In this document: positions 17,891-27,141 of the stretch, in pieces
Layout of the letters: each line of letters starts with the position of its first letter
Position numbering within the stretch: the stretch's first letter is position 1
DNA from: Bdellovibrionota bacterium
GTDB lineage: Bacteria; Bdellovibrionota_C; UBA2361; JBGSMV01
NCBI GenBank assembly: GCA_044356455.1
Contig: JBIKWF010000046.1
Location: 1 to 30,518 of the forward strand
Reading direction: 5' to 3'
DNA length: 30,518 nucleotides
Program-made: the position numbers and the translations under genes
Notes under the pieces: model-generated
Told to the model about the DNA's origin: nothing
What the model saw: only the letters and a program-made list of their open reading frames with translations
The model's database searches: none

Positions 17891-17959
17891 TTAATGTCCA
17901 CCAGCCGCGTATACGCGACGGAGACGATACAACTTAGGCTTCATGTATTTCGCTTTCAT
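17891..17959 (-). CDS. Putative RiPP precursor peptide MKAKYMKPKLYRLRRVYAAGGH (22 aa)
   Basis: Translated by hand: AAGGAGGAACC-ATG AAA GCG AAA TAC ATG AAG CCT AAG TTG ... GGT GGA CAT TAA. Contains a YxxPxL motif and is the first ORF of the RRE/radical SAM operon. Confidence 0.88.
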   Translation of the reverse strand: MKAKYMKPKLYRLRRVYAAGGH

Positions 17960-17974
17960 GGTTCCTCCTTGAGC

Positions 17975-18001
17975 TTGACCCCGCGGAATCGCAAGAGTCA
18001 A
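17975..18001 (-). promoter_or_regulatory. 5' UTR hairpin just upstream of the precursor RBS
   Basis: Minus strand TTGACTCTTGCG-ATTC-CGCGGGGTCAA; its G-U pairs form only in the minus-strand RNA. Confidence 0.45.
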
Positions 18002-18280
18002 AAAGGCGCAATCGCCAAAACTGCTCGACTGCCCGAGAAATCCAAGCATATCGATTTGGTTGCAGCCAACGCAGAAAGACCGAAGAGGATTCAGAATTGG
18101 TGGCGAGGAGTCTGTCTCCTAGAAAATTCTTAACACTAGATGCTGTGGTGGCAGCGGGACAGCCTACCTACGGATTGTGACCAAAATAAAGATCCTCTTT
18201 CTACGGAACACACTCCTAGTTGAATTGTCTTCGGAATCCTTTGCTGGCGATGGCAAGAGAGAAAGTGCCATAGCTTTGCC

Positions 18281-19009
18281 ATGATTTCCCGAGATAAAAA
18301 GCCCGAGCGTGAAACCCGGCGATGCGCAGAGCCGAATGCGTGGATGTCAGAGTTGTCGCTTGGCCACAACTGCGATTCATGCGATTTCCTTTTGAATCAA
18401 CGACAGAGTAAGCCGAATCGGATTCGGCGCTCGGCAGCTGATGAGCTGCACGCTCCCCAGATGGAAGGTGACGACGACCGATTTGAAAAGCGCGAACAAG
18501 AAAGAGCCCGCGACAAAATGCAGCACCGCGAGGGCCGCAATCAGGGATTTCGTTGCGTGAACTCAGCCTGCCGGTCGTGGGTGCCGCTTCATGATCTGAT
18601 GGGCACTAAGAACCGTAATCACTGCCCGTGCTGTCTTGCCTCAAAGCATGTTGACGAGAAAACCGGGGATCGGAGCGCGGAGTGTGGCTCGCGAATGGAC
18701 GCAATCGCTTTAACGACAAAAAAAGAAAGACAGAACCGATATGCTGAGGAACACGAAAGTCGCGGAGAGCTCATGTTGGTGCATGAGTGTTCCGGTTGCG
18801 GATTCCATCGCATAAACCGCATTGCTGCCGACGATAACGATTATGTGATTCTTAGAGTCTTTGAGCAGTCCTTGAGAATGCCCGAATTACAGCGCTTGCG
18901 CCTTCTAGAGAAAGGGATCGCGTTACTCGGACCGGGCGATTTGGACCTTGTTCGATCACAGTTTGTTGTAGATGAAGGAAAGCCATGGAACCAAAACGAG
19001 AAGACATAA
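18281..19009 (+). CDS. RNHCP domain-containing protein (start uncertain, may be downstream)
   Basis: FRCVNSAC...RNHCPCCLASKHVD...GDR...CG.RM...LVHECSGCG...NRIAADDN. Confidence 0.88.
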   Translation: MISRDKKPERETRRCAEPNAWMSELSLGHNCDSCDFLLNQRQSKPNRIRRSAADELHAPQMEGDDDRFEKREQERARDKMQHREGRNQGFRCVNSACRSWVPLHDLMGTKNRNHCPCCLASKHVDEKTGDRSAECGSRMDAIALTTKKERQNRYAEEHESRGELMLVHECSGCGFHRINRIAADDNDYVILRVFEQSLRMPELQRLRLLEKGIALLGPGDLDLVRSQFVVDEGKPWNQNEKT

Positions 19010-20406
19010 AGTGCCGCGCCGACTATTCGGCGCTGCAACTCGGCGCAGGGGAAAGCCGCGAGAGGTACCCGGAGCTTACCCTAAGTGCTGCGCCCCCAGT
19101 ATTGGATTTGCGAATCGCTGCGGCAGGGGCGCAGGGTTGGCAGCGCGTGCTTGACGAAGAGAAACTGCCGACCGAGGCACTTCCCGCCCCTGACGCCGCT
19201 CGCATCATTATTGCTCCGCTGACTGCGGAGACGTTGGAAAGCGCTCAGAGCGACTTGAAGAATGCTTGGGTTCTCGAGGCGCGCAGCGCCGTGGGTACGC
19301 TCGAGGCACAAGGCTTTCATCTGCCGCCTGTGACCTCCCGAGACAACTTGCCCGTCTCCAGATTTGGCCGGGCAGTTATCATCCAAGCAAACTGCTCGGA
19401 ACAACTGCTTCGCGCTAATAATGAGACCGTCAATGAAGCTCTCGATACCATGCGGCAAGCACTTCGTGTCGCGCATGAGGTACTCGAGGTTCCCTACATC
19501 CATCTATGGTACTACCCCAAAGCTGCCCCCACCGGTTTTCTTTTCCGAGTTGATGTGGACTACGTGGTCCCCGAAGCGCTAGAGAAGTTCGCTGAATTGA
19601 GTGAGCGATTTGGAATTAAGGGTACCTATTTTGTTAATGTGAGTGGAGAAGAAGAGTACGAGGACACCATTGGTCAAGGGATGCTTGAGCGTCCGACAAC
19701 TCCGGATCGCCTCACTCAGTTAAGGGCTATTCAAGCGAGGGGAAATGAAATCGCCAATCACGGCTACTGGCACAACGTGTTTCCCGATGCTGGTGAAAAC
19801 ACGTCTAACATTGATAGAGCGCAGCGAGCTCTATTCGAGTGCTTCGGCCTGCAGTGTGTCGGCTTTGCCGCGCCCGGCGCGGAGAGCACCGACACGCTCG
19901 GCGCCGCGTTAAGCGACTTCGGGTTTAGGTATGTTGCGAATACCTTGGCTGATAACGGAGCGTTCCCCTATAAGCCCTCGAACAATTCAACTTTCTACGA
20001 AATGCCAGGATGCTCGCTCAGCGACCTTGGACTGGAGGGCGTGGGGCTCGAGACCGATCGCCAGACTGTCGTCGCCGATGTGGTGGAGTTTTATAGGTCG
20101 TTGATCGCCGCGCATATTGAGTCGGGGCTCCCCGTATCGCTCATCGTCCATCCGCATTTAGCGGGACATTGCGCCGAAGCGCTTCTGGCCCCCATCTTCG
20201 AGCTCATCGCGGAGCATGGCATTCCGTCATTTACTCATTCTGAGTTTGAGAGCTGGTGGCGACGCAGGGCCGAGGCGAAGTTTGAGGTGGTTTCCTCTTC
20301 CGCCGGAGAGCGCGCACTGCACTGTGAAGTCAGCGATGCCGTAGTAGAGGTACTCTTCAAGGGCGAAAGGCGGCTAATAAAACTTCGGAACGATGTGTCC
20401 TTTTAG
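18985..20406 (+). CDS. Polysaccharide deacetylase (NodB/CE4-like) family protein
   Basis: FRVDVD, GTYFV, EIANHGYWH, GFAAPG and HPH motifs. Confidence 0.8.
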   Translation: MEPKREDIKCRADYSALQLGAGESRERYPELTLSAAPPVLDLRIAAAGAQGWQRVLDEEKLPTEALPAPDAARIIIAPLTAETLESAQSDLKNAWVLEARSAVGTLEAQGFHLPPVTSRDNLPVSRFGRAVIIQANCSEQLLRANNETVNEALDTMRQALRVAHEVLEVPYIHLWYYPKAAPTGFLFRVDVDYVVPEALEKFAELSERFGIKGTYFVNVSGEEEYEDTIGQGMLERPTTPDRLTQLRAIQARGNEIANHGYWHNVFPDAGENTSNIDRAQRALFECFGLQCVGFAAPGAESTDTLGAALSDFGFRYVANTLADNGAFPYKPSNNSTFYEMPGCSLSDLGLEGVGLETDRQTVVADVVEFYRSLIAAHIESGLPVSLIVHPHLAGHCAEALLAPIFELIAEHGIPSFTHSEFESWWRRRAEAKFEVVSSSAGERALHCEVSDAVVEVLFKGERRLIKLRNDVSF

Positions 20407-20410
20407 CGGA

Positions 20411-20797
20411 GTGCCTGGGCTACTTTTACTTTGCTGACCAGAAAACTTTCCCCCGTCCCCTAAAGGGGCCGCGGCTTACGCCCGTCCCCTACCGCCTCCT
20501 AAGGGAGGCGGCGTGGGACGAACGCCGTCGCGTCCCCTTTGGAGGCCGAGACTCGCCTCCTTTAGGAGGCGGCAGGGGACGGACCGGGTCGCGGCACCTT
20601 TAGGTGACGGACCGGGTCGCGGCACCTTCAGGTGACGGAAGGGTCGCGGCCCCTTTAGGGGACGGAGCACACGTGCATTAAGAGCTTGAGATTGTAGCAG
20701 CTTCGTCGCTTCGGACTTACACGCCCCGGCACCGAAGATCGTGACGCCGATGCCGTCTCACGACACAGAAGCGGGCGTAGCCCCGGTTTAGGGAGTT
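20411..20797 (+). repeat. Full composite intergenic element B (3 forward units plus inverted units)
   Basis: Left arm GTGCCTGGGCTAC; CCGTCCCCTA units; 3x GGTCGCGGC(A/C)CCTT(T/C)AGG(T/G)GACGGA; right end 20777-20797. Confidence 0.9.
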
Positions 20798-20943
20798 AAA
20801 TACCGATCCCCTTTACGCCATGTCGCGCGCTACCCTCATTATCTCAAATAATTCCACAATACTATCATCGATTTGCGTTCAAAAACCCCGTTTTTATGCA
20901 AATGGTTTTCGCTTAAGCAAAAGTCGTAAAGGAGCGATTACTC

Positions 20944-23900
20944 ATGTACGTCTTTGACACCTGGGGAAAATGCATGCAAACAAAAATACTACTGACACTC
21001 TTGCTTGGCTCTGCTTTTTTCTCCGGCATTGACAGCCATGCAGCACCGCAAGTCCTGGGGGAAAAGGGCTATCCTACCCCATCATTTGACCCTCTTAAGC
21101 TCAGTGAGCCGCTACCGCCTCAGCAACGAAGATATTTCATTGAATGCAACAATCGCCAGCAGTACCGCGGTGGTCTTGACGGCGCGGTGCAGGTAGCAGT
21201 CACGCTTCAAGCGACTGGATCAAAAGTTCAAATTCGCAGGCCATTCCGCGGAACACTTTTTTGCGGGGCTTCGGTGCTTGGTTCGATAGAACCAACCAGT
21301 CGCCAAGAACTCGAAAATCTTGGCTTTTCCGTCACAGAGGTGAAGAGAATCCGTGCACTCCTTGAGGAGTCTGTTCCGATCCTCGGCATTTCTGAAATAG
21401 TAGATACAGAACTAGGAAACAACAGACCCGCAACTGGCCACGGCATCAGCATCGGGGTAGTCGATTCAGGTACCGACTATAGCCATCCGTCATTGGGTTC
21501 TTGTACACAATCTGAGTTTCTCTCTGGTCGCTGCAGCACGGTGCGTGGTGGATACGATTTTGTAAACAATGACCGGGATCCCATGGACGATAACGGGCAT
21601 GGGACTCATGTGGCAGCGATAGCTGCGGGACGTGGGCCACGTGGGCAAGGAGTTGCTACAGGGGCAGAGCTATATTCACTGAAGGTTCTTGGGGCCGCGG
21701 GTTATGGTTTCGAGGATGACATCATCGCCGCACTTGAATGGGCTCTCGATCCGAATGGCGATGGAGATGCTAGTGATCATATTGATATTGTCAATTTAAG
21801 TCTTGGAAGCTCCGGCTATCCAGGAGCGGAAGGTGGTCCCCTTCCTCGAGCCGCGAACCGACTTTCAGAGTTGGGAGTTCTTGTGGTTGCCGCAGCCGGG
21901 AACGCTGGCGGTAACCAAAACAACAGCACGGTGGGCTGCCCCGCATGCGCCTCGCAAGTGCTTGCTGTTGCCGCTTCGAACAAGGAAAAACTCATCCAAA
22001 ATACTGATATAGCCAACTTTAGCTCCTGGGGTCCTTTCGAATCCTCTCAGGGATTTGTCGGAAAACCGGAACTTACTGCACCTGGTGCTAGAATTTGTGC
22101 CGCTCGGGCGAACGGTACCTCTTCTGACTACCCTGCCTGCCGAGACGACCTTGGACGAATTGCGCTATCGGGCACTTCAATGGCTAGCCCTCATGTCGCA
22201 GGAGCTGCGGCAATTCTCATGGAACTATTCCCTCGCTATACGACCAAGGAAATTCGACAACAGTTAATGAATCTTGCTCGACCGCTTCCCCGCACCTCAG
22301 CGAATCAATCAGGACTCGGAGTCATTGGCCTTGCTGGCCTTAGCACAACGTCGAAAGCGCCTCCGACTATCGACCTCGAAGCAATTTCTCTAGCTACAAG
22401 TGAGGGGCGAGCGACTCTCCGGGCAATCGTGCATGCTCGCCATGGCGTCAAACGAATCGACTTGGCAGCGGCTCCAAGCAGCGCAGGCGATCTGATGAGA
22501 GCAATAGTTTTTCGGGAAATTGAAGTCCCAGGAGCGCCCCGCACCTATTCTCTTGAGGAGCAGCTCGCGCTTCCTCAAGCTTTCGAGTCACCTCAAACTA
22601 TCCTAGTTTCCGTTACTGATCTCGAAGGCACAACAAGCAGAGCCTGGACACAACTTCGTACGGTCAGTGGCAAATTTGTAGTCCCGGAATTATTTGAAAC
22701 TATCGCTGCGAATACTCCTTACGAAGTTATCTTGGGCAATAATGGTCCGCCTATTCCAACTACTTTCTCATTGCGAAACCCGCTGACTGAGCGGACTACC
22801 GGCACCCTCAATCCCATGACTCTGCTAAAAACATCGATTTATGAATTGATTGCACGCCAAACTATGGGTCAGTATTCACGGGTAGTCTCAACTTTTGTGG
22901 AGAGTGATGAGAACCTGCGCTTCGGCTCGCCAATTCAGGCACTCACGCAACCGCAACTAGTAGTTGGAAAATCTGCATTTACGGTAACAGAGTCTAACGC
23001 CCGGTCTGAACCAAACTCTTTGATTACCATAGCCGCTAGATGCGATGAGTACCCATACATGTGCTCACTCGAACTCTCGTCATTACGCCCTTCTGGACAA
23101 GTTAATTGGTCAACAGAAATCGGTGGCACACCAAACGACATTCTTCCGCCACCTATTGAATTCAAAGACTCTTCTCGGAATATTATCTTTACTCTGTCGG
23201 AGTGCAGTGAATACTTCGGTTGTCGCCTGATAGGAGTAGATCGAGCGACAGGACAGTATGTTCCCGGCTGGTCTGGCTCCAGTAGGTTAGGTCTCGATGT
23301 AACTGCGAAGCCCACAATTCATCTAGTGCCGAACGGCAACGGCAGCGACTTTCAGATGGTTGTGTTCGCCCGCTATTTGATAGGATCCTTCTACGGCGAA
23401 ACACCATATCGTGTATCGGTTTTCAACTCATCAGGGCAGCTCGTCAGGCAGTGGTCTCCCGAGGGTGATACCGACCCCTTATTTGAGATAGGTAACACAA
23501 TCGCTACACCAGCCTTTGGTAACTTCGACCAAGACTCGGACATGGAAATAGCATTTCTCATTGCGGCACCAGGATATGTCCCAGGCCGGGATGAAAGAAG
23601 TTCACTTCAAGTGTATAATCTTGATGGTACCAGATTGAGTGGTTGGCCGCGGCAAATTTCAGGCACTTATATTTCGTCAAACGTAATCGCAGCGGATTTA
23701 AACCGCGATGGTCGAGACGAAATAATTGCTCAGACAGGTTGCGGGGCGAACCGCAGCGCCGATTGCGAGTCTGTGTTCGCCTTCATGGGCGACTCAAGCA
23801 TTCTACCAGGTTGGCCTTCACGTATACAGGTCGAAGGGCGTCGAGCTAATTTCTCTGAATTACGTTCACTCGCCGCAGCAGACGTAGACCAAGACGGCTC

Positions 23901-24438
23901 GCTAGAAGTCTTAGCTTGCTTCGAAGCCCACGGTTGTACTCTCCTAGACCGAAACGGAAAAGTATTCAAAAATTCGCCAAAATGGCCTTATGTCCTAGAG
24001 GATCTTCGGGGAATTCTATCTCACGGTCGAGGTGGCCCTTTCCTTCTCGATTTCGATGGGGATGGCTCTTTGGAAATTGCCATCATAGGAGTGGAGGGAG
24101 CAGATGACGTATCTCTCGGCGAGCCCTTTGGTTATAGGCAACGCTGGAAGCTGCGAGTGCTCTCGAACCTAGGACAGCGCCGGCTGGACTTGGAGCAGTA
24201 CTTAAACGAGGGAGCTTTGCCCGATGCTCTCTACGGACGTTGGGCCTTTGGCGATTGGAATGGTGATAGTTTTCTTGAACTGCACTTTGGCGACCGGCCA
24301 CCCAGTCACCTCAATCAACCTGGCCACTCGAGAAGGTCAGGTCACTATGTCCGAGACCTAACTAGAAAGATTCCAAGATCAAGACTTCGCTGGAATGGTA
24401 ATGGCGGAGACCAGCGCAAACTTAATCGTGCCGAGTAG
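20944..24438 (+). CDS. Secreted subtilisin-like S8 serine protease with C-terminal FG-GAP/VCBS-like repeats
   Basis: Catalytic motifs VVDSG, HGTHVAAIAAG, AAAGN and GTSMASPHVAG; signal peptide; ADLNRDGRDEI, ADVDQDGSLEV and DFDGDGSLEI repeats. Confidence 0.93.
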   Translation: MYVFDTWGKCMQTKILLTLLLGSAFFSGIDSHAAPQVLGEKGYPTPSFDPLKLSEPLPPQQRRYFIECNNRQQYRGGLDGAVQVAVTLQATGSKVQIRRPFRGTLFCGASVLGSIEPTSRQELENLGFSVTEVKRIRALLEESVPILGISEIVDTELGNNRPATGHGISIGVVDSGTDYSHPSLGSCTQSEFLSGRCSTVRGGYDFVNNDRDPMDDNGHGTHVAAIAAGRGPRGQGVATGAELYSLKVLGAAGYGFEDDIIAALEWALDPNGDGDASDHIDIVNLSLGSSGYPGAEGGPLPRAANRLSELGVLVVAAAGNAGGNQNNSTVGCPACASQVLAVAASNKEKLIQNTDIANFSSWGPFESSQGFVGKPELTAPGARICAARANGTSSDYPACRDDLGRIALSGTSMASPHVAGAAAILMELFPRYTTKEIRQQLMNLARPLPRTSANQSGLGVIGLAGLSTTSKAPPTIDLEAISLATSEGRATLRAIVHARHGVKRIDLAAAPSSAGDLMRAIVFREIEVPGAPRTYSLEEQLALPQAFESPQTILVSVTDLEGTTSRAWTQLRTVSGKFVVPELFETIAANTPYEVILGNNGPPIPTTFSLRNPLTERTTGTLNPMTLLKTSIYELIARQTMGQYSRVVSTFVESDENLRFGSPIQALTQPQLVVGKSAFTVTESNARSEPNSLITIAARCDEYPYMCSLELSSLRPSGQVNWSTEIGGTPNDILPPPIEFKDSSRNIIFTLSECSEYFGCRLIGVDRATGQYVPGWSGSSRLGLDVTAKPTIHLVPNGNGSDFQMVVFARYLIGSFYGETPYRVSVFNSSGQLVRQWSPEGDTDPLFEIGNTIATPAFGNFDQDSDMEIAFLIAAPGYVPGRDERSSLQVYNLDGTRLSGWPRQISGTYISSNVIAADLNRDGRDEIIAQTGCGANRSADCESVFAFMGDSSILPGWPSRIQVEGRRANFSELRSLAAADVDQDGSLEVLACFEAHGCTLLDRNGKVFKNSPKWPYVLEDLRGILSHGRGGPFLLDFDGDGSLEIAIIGVEGADDVSLGEPFGYRQRWKLRVLSNLGQRRLDLEQYLNEGALPDALYGRWAFGDWNGDSFLELHFGDRPPSHLNQPGHSRRSGHYVRDLTRKIPRSRLRWNGNGGDQRKLNRAE

Positions 24439-24450
24439 CTGCGTGGGTCC

Positions 24451-24510
24451 TTAACTCTACCTATACCGGGGCTACTTACAGCGGAGGATGTAGCCCCGGT
24501 ACAGGGAGTT
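24451..24510 (+). repeat. Minimal 60-bp form of the intergenic element (imperfect hairpin, AAC...GTT ends)
   Basis: TTAACTCTACCTATACCGGGGCTAC-TTACAGCGGAGGAT-GTAGCCCCGGTACAGGGAGTT. Confidence 0.9.
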
Positions 24511-24612
24511 TAAATTCCATAAACTCACGTAACCTGTTAGACTCGCTGTGGCTATGAGATTTCCTACCTAATTAACGTCATCCCGTTGCCGCTGACGGCC
24601 ATAACCCATTGC

Positions 24613-25480
24613 ATGTCTCCAACGGTAACATCAAATTATGCCCCAGAGGGCGGTCCGCAATTCAGCTTATCGAACGAGCAAATCGAGAAGTGGCGGGCCT
24701 TCATGCGTGAGGCAAACGTTTCAGCCCCGCTTATCGAGAGTCAGTTACATACAATTGTTGCAAAAAGTCGGACTTACTGAAGCCCAACAGATTTTACCGT
24801 CGCGTGAGTATCTCGGGCGTGGGATTGAATCGTTAGTCGTATTGCCTGGGAGAAAAGAACTAAATGACTCAATCGCGACAAAAACTGTCGCACTTGTATC
24901 CTCAACATTTCACAGCGATCAATCAGTTCCCCTCGATGAGCGACCCGCCGCGACCTGGGAGCGGTCACTGAGAAAACGGATGAGTGGGGAATCCTATTTC
25001 ATTGAAACTGATCCAGGCTATGAGGGGCATATCGGCGTCTTCGACGCTGTTTTTATCTATTTTGCTCGCAAAGAGCCTACCACTCCGTTGAGCATTGAAG
25101 AGATACCTGACGCACGACTCGTTGGGATACATGGGCTGTATCACTACCTCACGGACCCTACGGTATATTACGGTGTACGATTTGCGGTCGATCCGGAACT
25201 GCAAGGCCAGGGCATAGGCCGGAAAATTATGTGCCATAATCTTCAACAGTGCCTACGACTGGGCGCACAAGAGCGGCAAATTTTTACAGAAGCAGACCCA
25301 ATAAAAAACAAAGCGGTGTTGGAGATCTATGGCAAATGGGGTTTCTTACCCACCGGAAGATCAATGGAATATAATGGGGAGCAGCAAGTTTTCCTCGCTG
25401 CAAAGCTAGCGCCCGGCACTAAGAGCTGGGAGATGGCGAAGCAGTTCGAAGCCGAAGATGGGCCACCAGTAAAATGGTGA
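24613..25480 (+). CDS. GNAT-domain protein, probably frameshifted near 24762-24766
   Basis: C-terminal RFAVDPELQGQGIGRKIM...NKAVLEIYGKWGF GNAT motifs. The N-terminal part appears to lie in a different frame (ATG 24613, stop 24780). Confidence 0.7.
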
Positions 25481-25484
25481 GTTT

Positions 25485-25666
25485 CTAACTCTAACTGTAT
25501 CGGGGCTACTTTTTTACTCTGCATACCAGGAAACCCTACGACCGTCCTTTGTCGCCTACTTTAGGATACGATAGGTGACGGACAAGGTCGCGGCACCTTC
25601 AGGTGACGGACCGGGTCGCGGCACCTTTAGGTGACGGACCGGGTCGCGGCACCTTTAGGTGACGGA
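25485..25666 (+). repeat. Composite element D: left arm plus 3 units, right end missing
   Basis: CTAACTCTAACTGTATCGGGGCTAC, then 3x GGTCGCGGCACCTT(C/T)AGGTGACGGA. Confidence 0.88.
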
Positions 25667-25812
25667 AGACCCAAGAGAGCAGGCAAGCGCATGTGCTGTC
25701 TTAGCGAAGACAGATCCCCCTCATGCAAAGCGAGAGGCCATGCCGCATGGGCGAAGTTTCGACTGCTCTCGCGACTTTTGCCCGTCCGCGCTCAGAGGAT
25801 TAACATCGCCCA

Positions 25813-26847
25813 TCAGAACGTGTCACCTTTCTCCATCTTGTAGAAGAACTTAGCCGGATCAACTTTGTCGCCGGCCGCAATCTCCTCAATACTGATCTCT
25901 CGGGACACATGATACACATGACCGGCGGGCGTATAACAATAACTATGACTAGGGTCGCCACGGTACTGGCCAGGCACAGACCACCCTAGACAGCGTCGAA
26001 AGGGCTCACCCGGGCTCGCTTGATAAAATATTCCACCCGAGGATTCGCAAAGACGGCCTCCCTCGTCGAGGTCCCGATAGGAAAGTTTCCATTTTCTGAC
26101 TTCGGCTCGCCTCTCTAGTTCAGATGGCTCAACAGATTCGCTCCCGAACTCCTTCGCTGTTGGCGTAAAGAGAGAAGAATCAAAGGATTGAACCTCCCAA
26201 CGCTCTCCCTTTCTTGTCGTCCTCATATCTACGTAAATGTCTGCATCGGTATTAAGGTGAAATTCGAGAGGGATCAGCTTGACGAGAGGCTCCTTAGCAA
26301 TCTGTTCGATCTGGCGCGAGATATCCGCCTTCCCGATAACCGGCGTTCCCTCAAAAGTGACCTCACCGGACTCAAGGCTGATTTCTAGAGGTATTGGGAT
26401 CGACTTCTGACCGATGAGCGCCTCCCAGTACTTAGTCTCGAGTTCTGCCTCTCTTCTTGCTACGGCATCTTGCTCCGCCATAGGACGAGAACTGTCATAC
26501 TTGACCTTCATTCGCTCATTCCAGATCTCGTCACGATGAAGGTCGTTTCTGACGTATAATGTACCTAGCACTACTTGGAGGCCCTCAGTTGAAGTAATAG
26601 CCGAACCAGCATTCATCGCTAGTGTGAGATAGAGCTCTTTAGGAATCCCAAGGGTCTCCTTCAAAGCATTCTTTGCAATCTCCACTTCCTTCTCAGGCGC
26701 TTTGCCCCAATTCTCCAGAGTCGCGCGATATCGAGAGGCCCATTCGAGCACAACAGCCGGGGATACTAAGTCCGATGGCGAAGGATATTGGACCTCGCCT
26801 GAAGTCGGCTCGGCATTCGGTGCAAGTCGAATATGTTGAGAGTGCAT
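25813..26847 (-). CDS. Hypothetical protein (344 aa)
   Basis: Long ORF with natural acidic composition; no family recognised. Confidence 0.75.
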   Translation of the reverse strand: MHSQHIRLAPNAEPTSGEVQYPSPSDLVSPAVVLEWASRYRATLENWGKAPEKEVEIAKNALKETLGIPKELYLTLAMNAGSAITSTEGLQVVLGTLYVRNDLHRDEIWNERMKVKYDSSRPMAEQDAVARREAELETKYWEALIGQKSIPIPLEISLESGEVTFEGTPVIGKADISRQIEQIAKEPLVKLIPLEFHLNTDADIYVDMRTTRKGERWEVQSFDSSLFTPTAKEFGSESVEPSELERRAEVRKWKLSYRDLDEGGRLCESSGGIFYQASPGEPFRRCLGWSVPGQYRGDPSHSYCYTPAGHVYHVSREISIEEIAAGDKVDPAKFFYKMEKGDTF

Positions 26848-26913
26848 AGCGATTCTCCGAAAAAATACCCCACAGTCAATCGAAGTTATGGCAGTTCTTG
26901 GAGTAGTAGTAAG

Positions 26914-27141
26914 TTAACGACTAGTCTGTTCAGTTCGAGATCTGCCTGCCGGAGAATCCGAACGAGAAGTTTGTTATCCAACCACCTTCCTAGCAGACTA
27001 CTACACATTATGCCAAACTACGGCACTTTGTCGCTTAAGGAAGAAAGCCAATAATTATGAGGGTTTTTCTAAGTGTCCCGGGGCACTTTTTACTCTGCAT
27101 CCCAGGAAACCTTACGCCCGTCCCCTGAAGGGGCCGCGGCT
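26914..27141. repeat. 228-bp direct repeat copy 1 (copy 2 at 28746-28973)
   Basis: Manual alignment at offset 1832 with about 8 mismatches; includes the element left arm. Confidence 0.95.

Noticed and set aside
10959..17959. Lasso peptide cluster
   Set aside because: YxxPxL, RRE and an AsnB homologue are suggestive, but there is no B2 peptidase, the precursor has no Asp/Glu acceptor, and AsnB keeps its glutaminase Cys.
17894..18133. 79-aa plus-strand ORF, and other short antisense ORFs in the track
   Set aside because: It is antisense to the precursor, has no RBS and shows no protein-like features. The others are shadows of longer genes.
18253..18270. Sigma-54 promoter for the RiPP operon (minus strand TGGCAC...TTGC)
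   Set aside because: The spacing is 8 nt rather than the required 5 nt.
20944..24438. S8 protease as the RiPP leader peptidase
   Set aside because: It is on the opposite strand about 3 kb away, separated by unrelated genes and a repeat element, and is a secreted multidomain enzyme. No evidence links it to the cluster, though a role cannot be excluded.
24451..24510. Canonical integron attC site / complete integron
   Set aside because: The ends deviate from RYYYAAC/GTTRRRY, the arm spacing is non-canonical, genes between elements face both ways, and no intI is in the window. Kept only as a hypothesis.
26833..27054. Plus-strand ORFs 26833-27054 and 28416-28892 sharing a C-terminus, and ORFs inside the elements (6036-6227, 20476-20670, 25631-25843)
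   Set aside because: Their similarity simply reflects the DNA repeats. They overlap better-supported genes or repeats.
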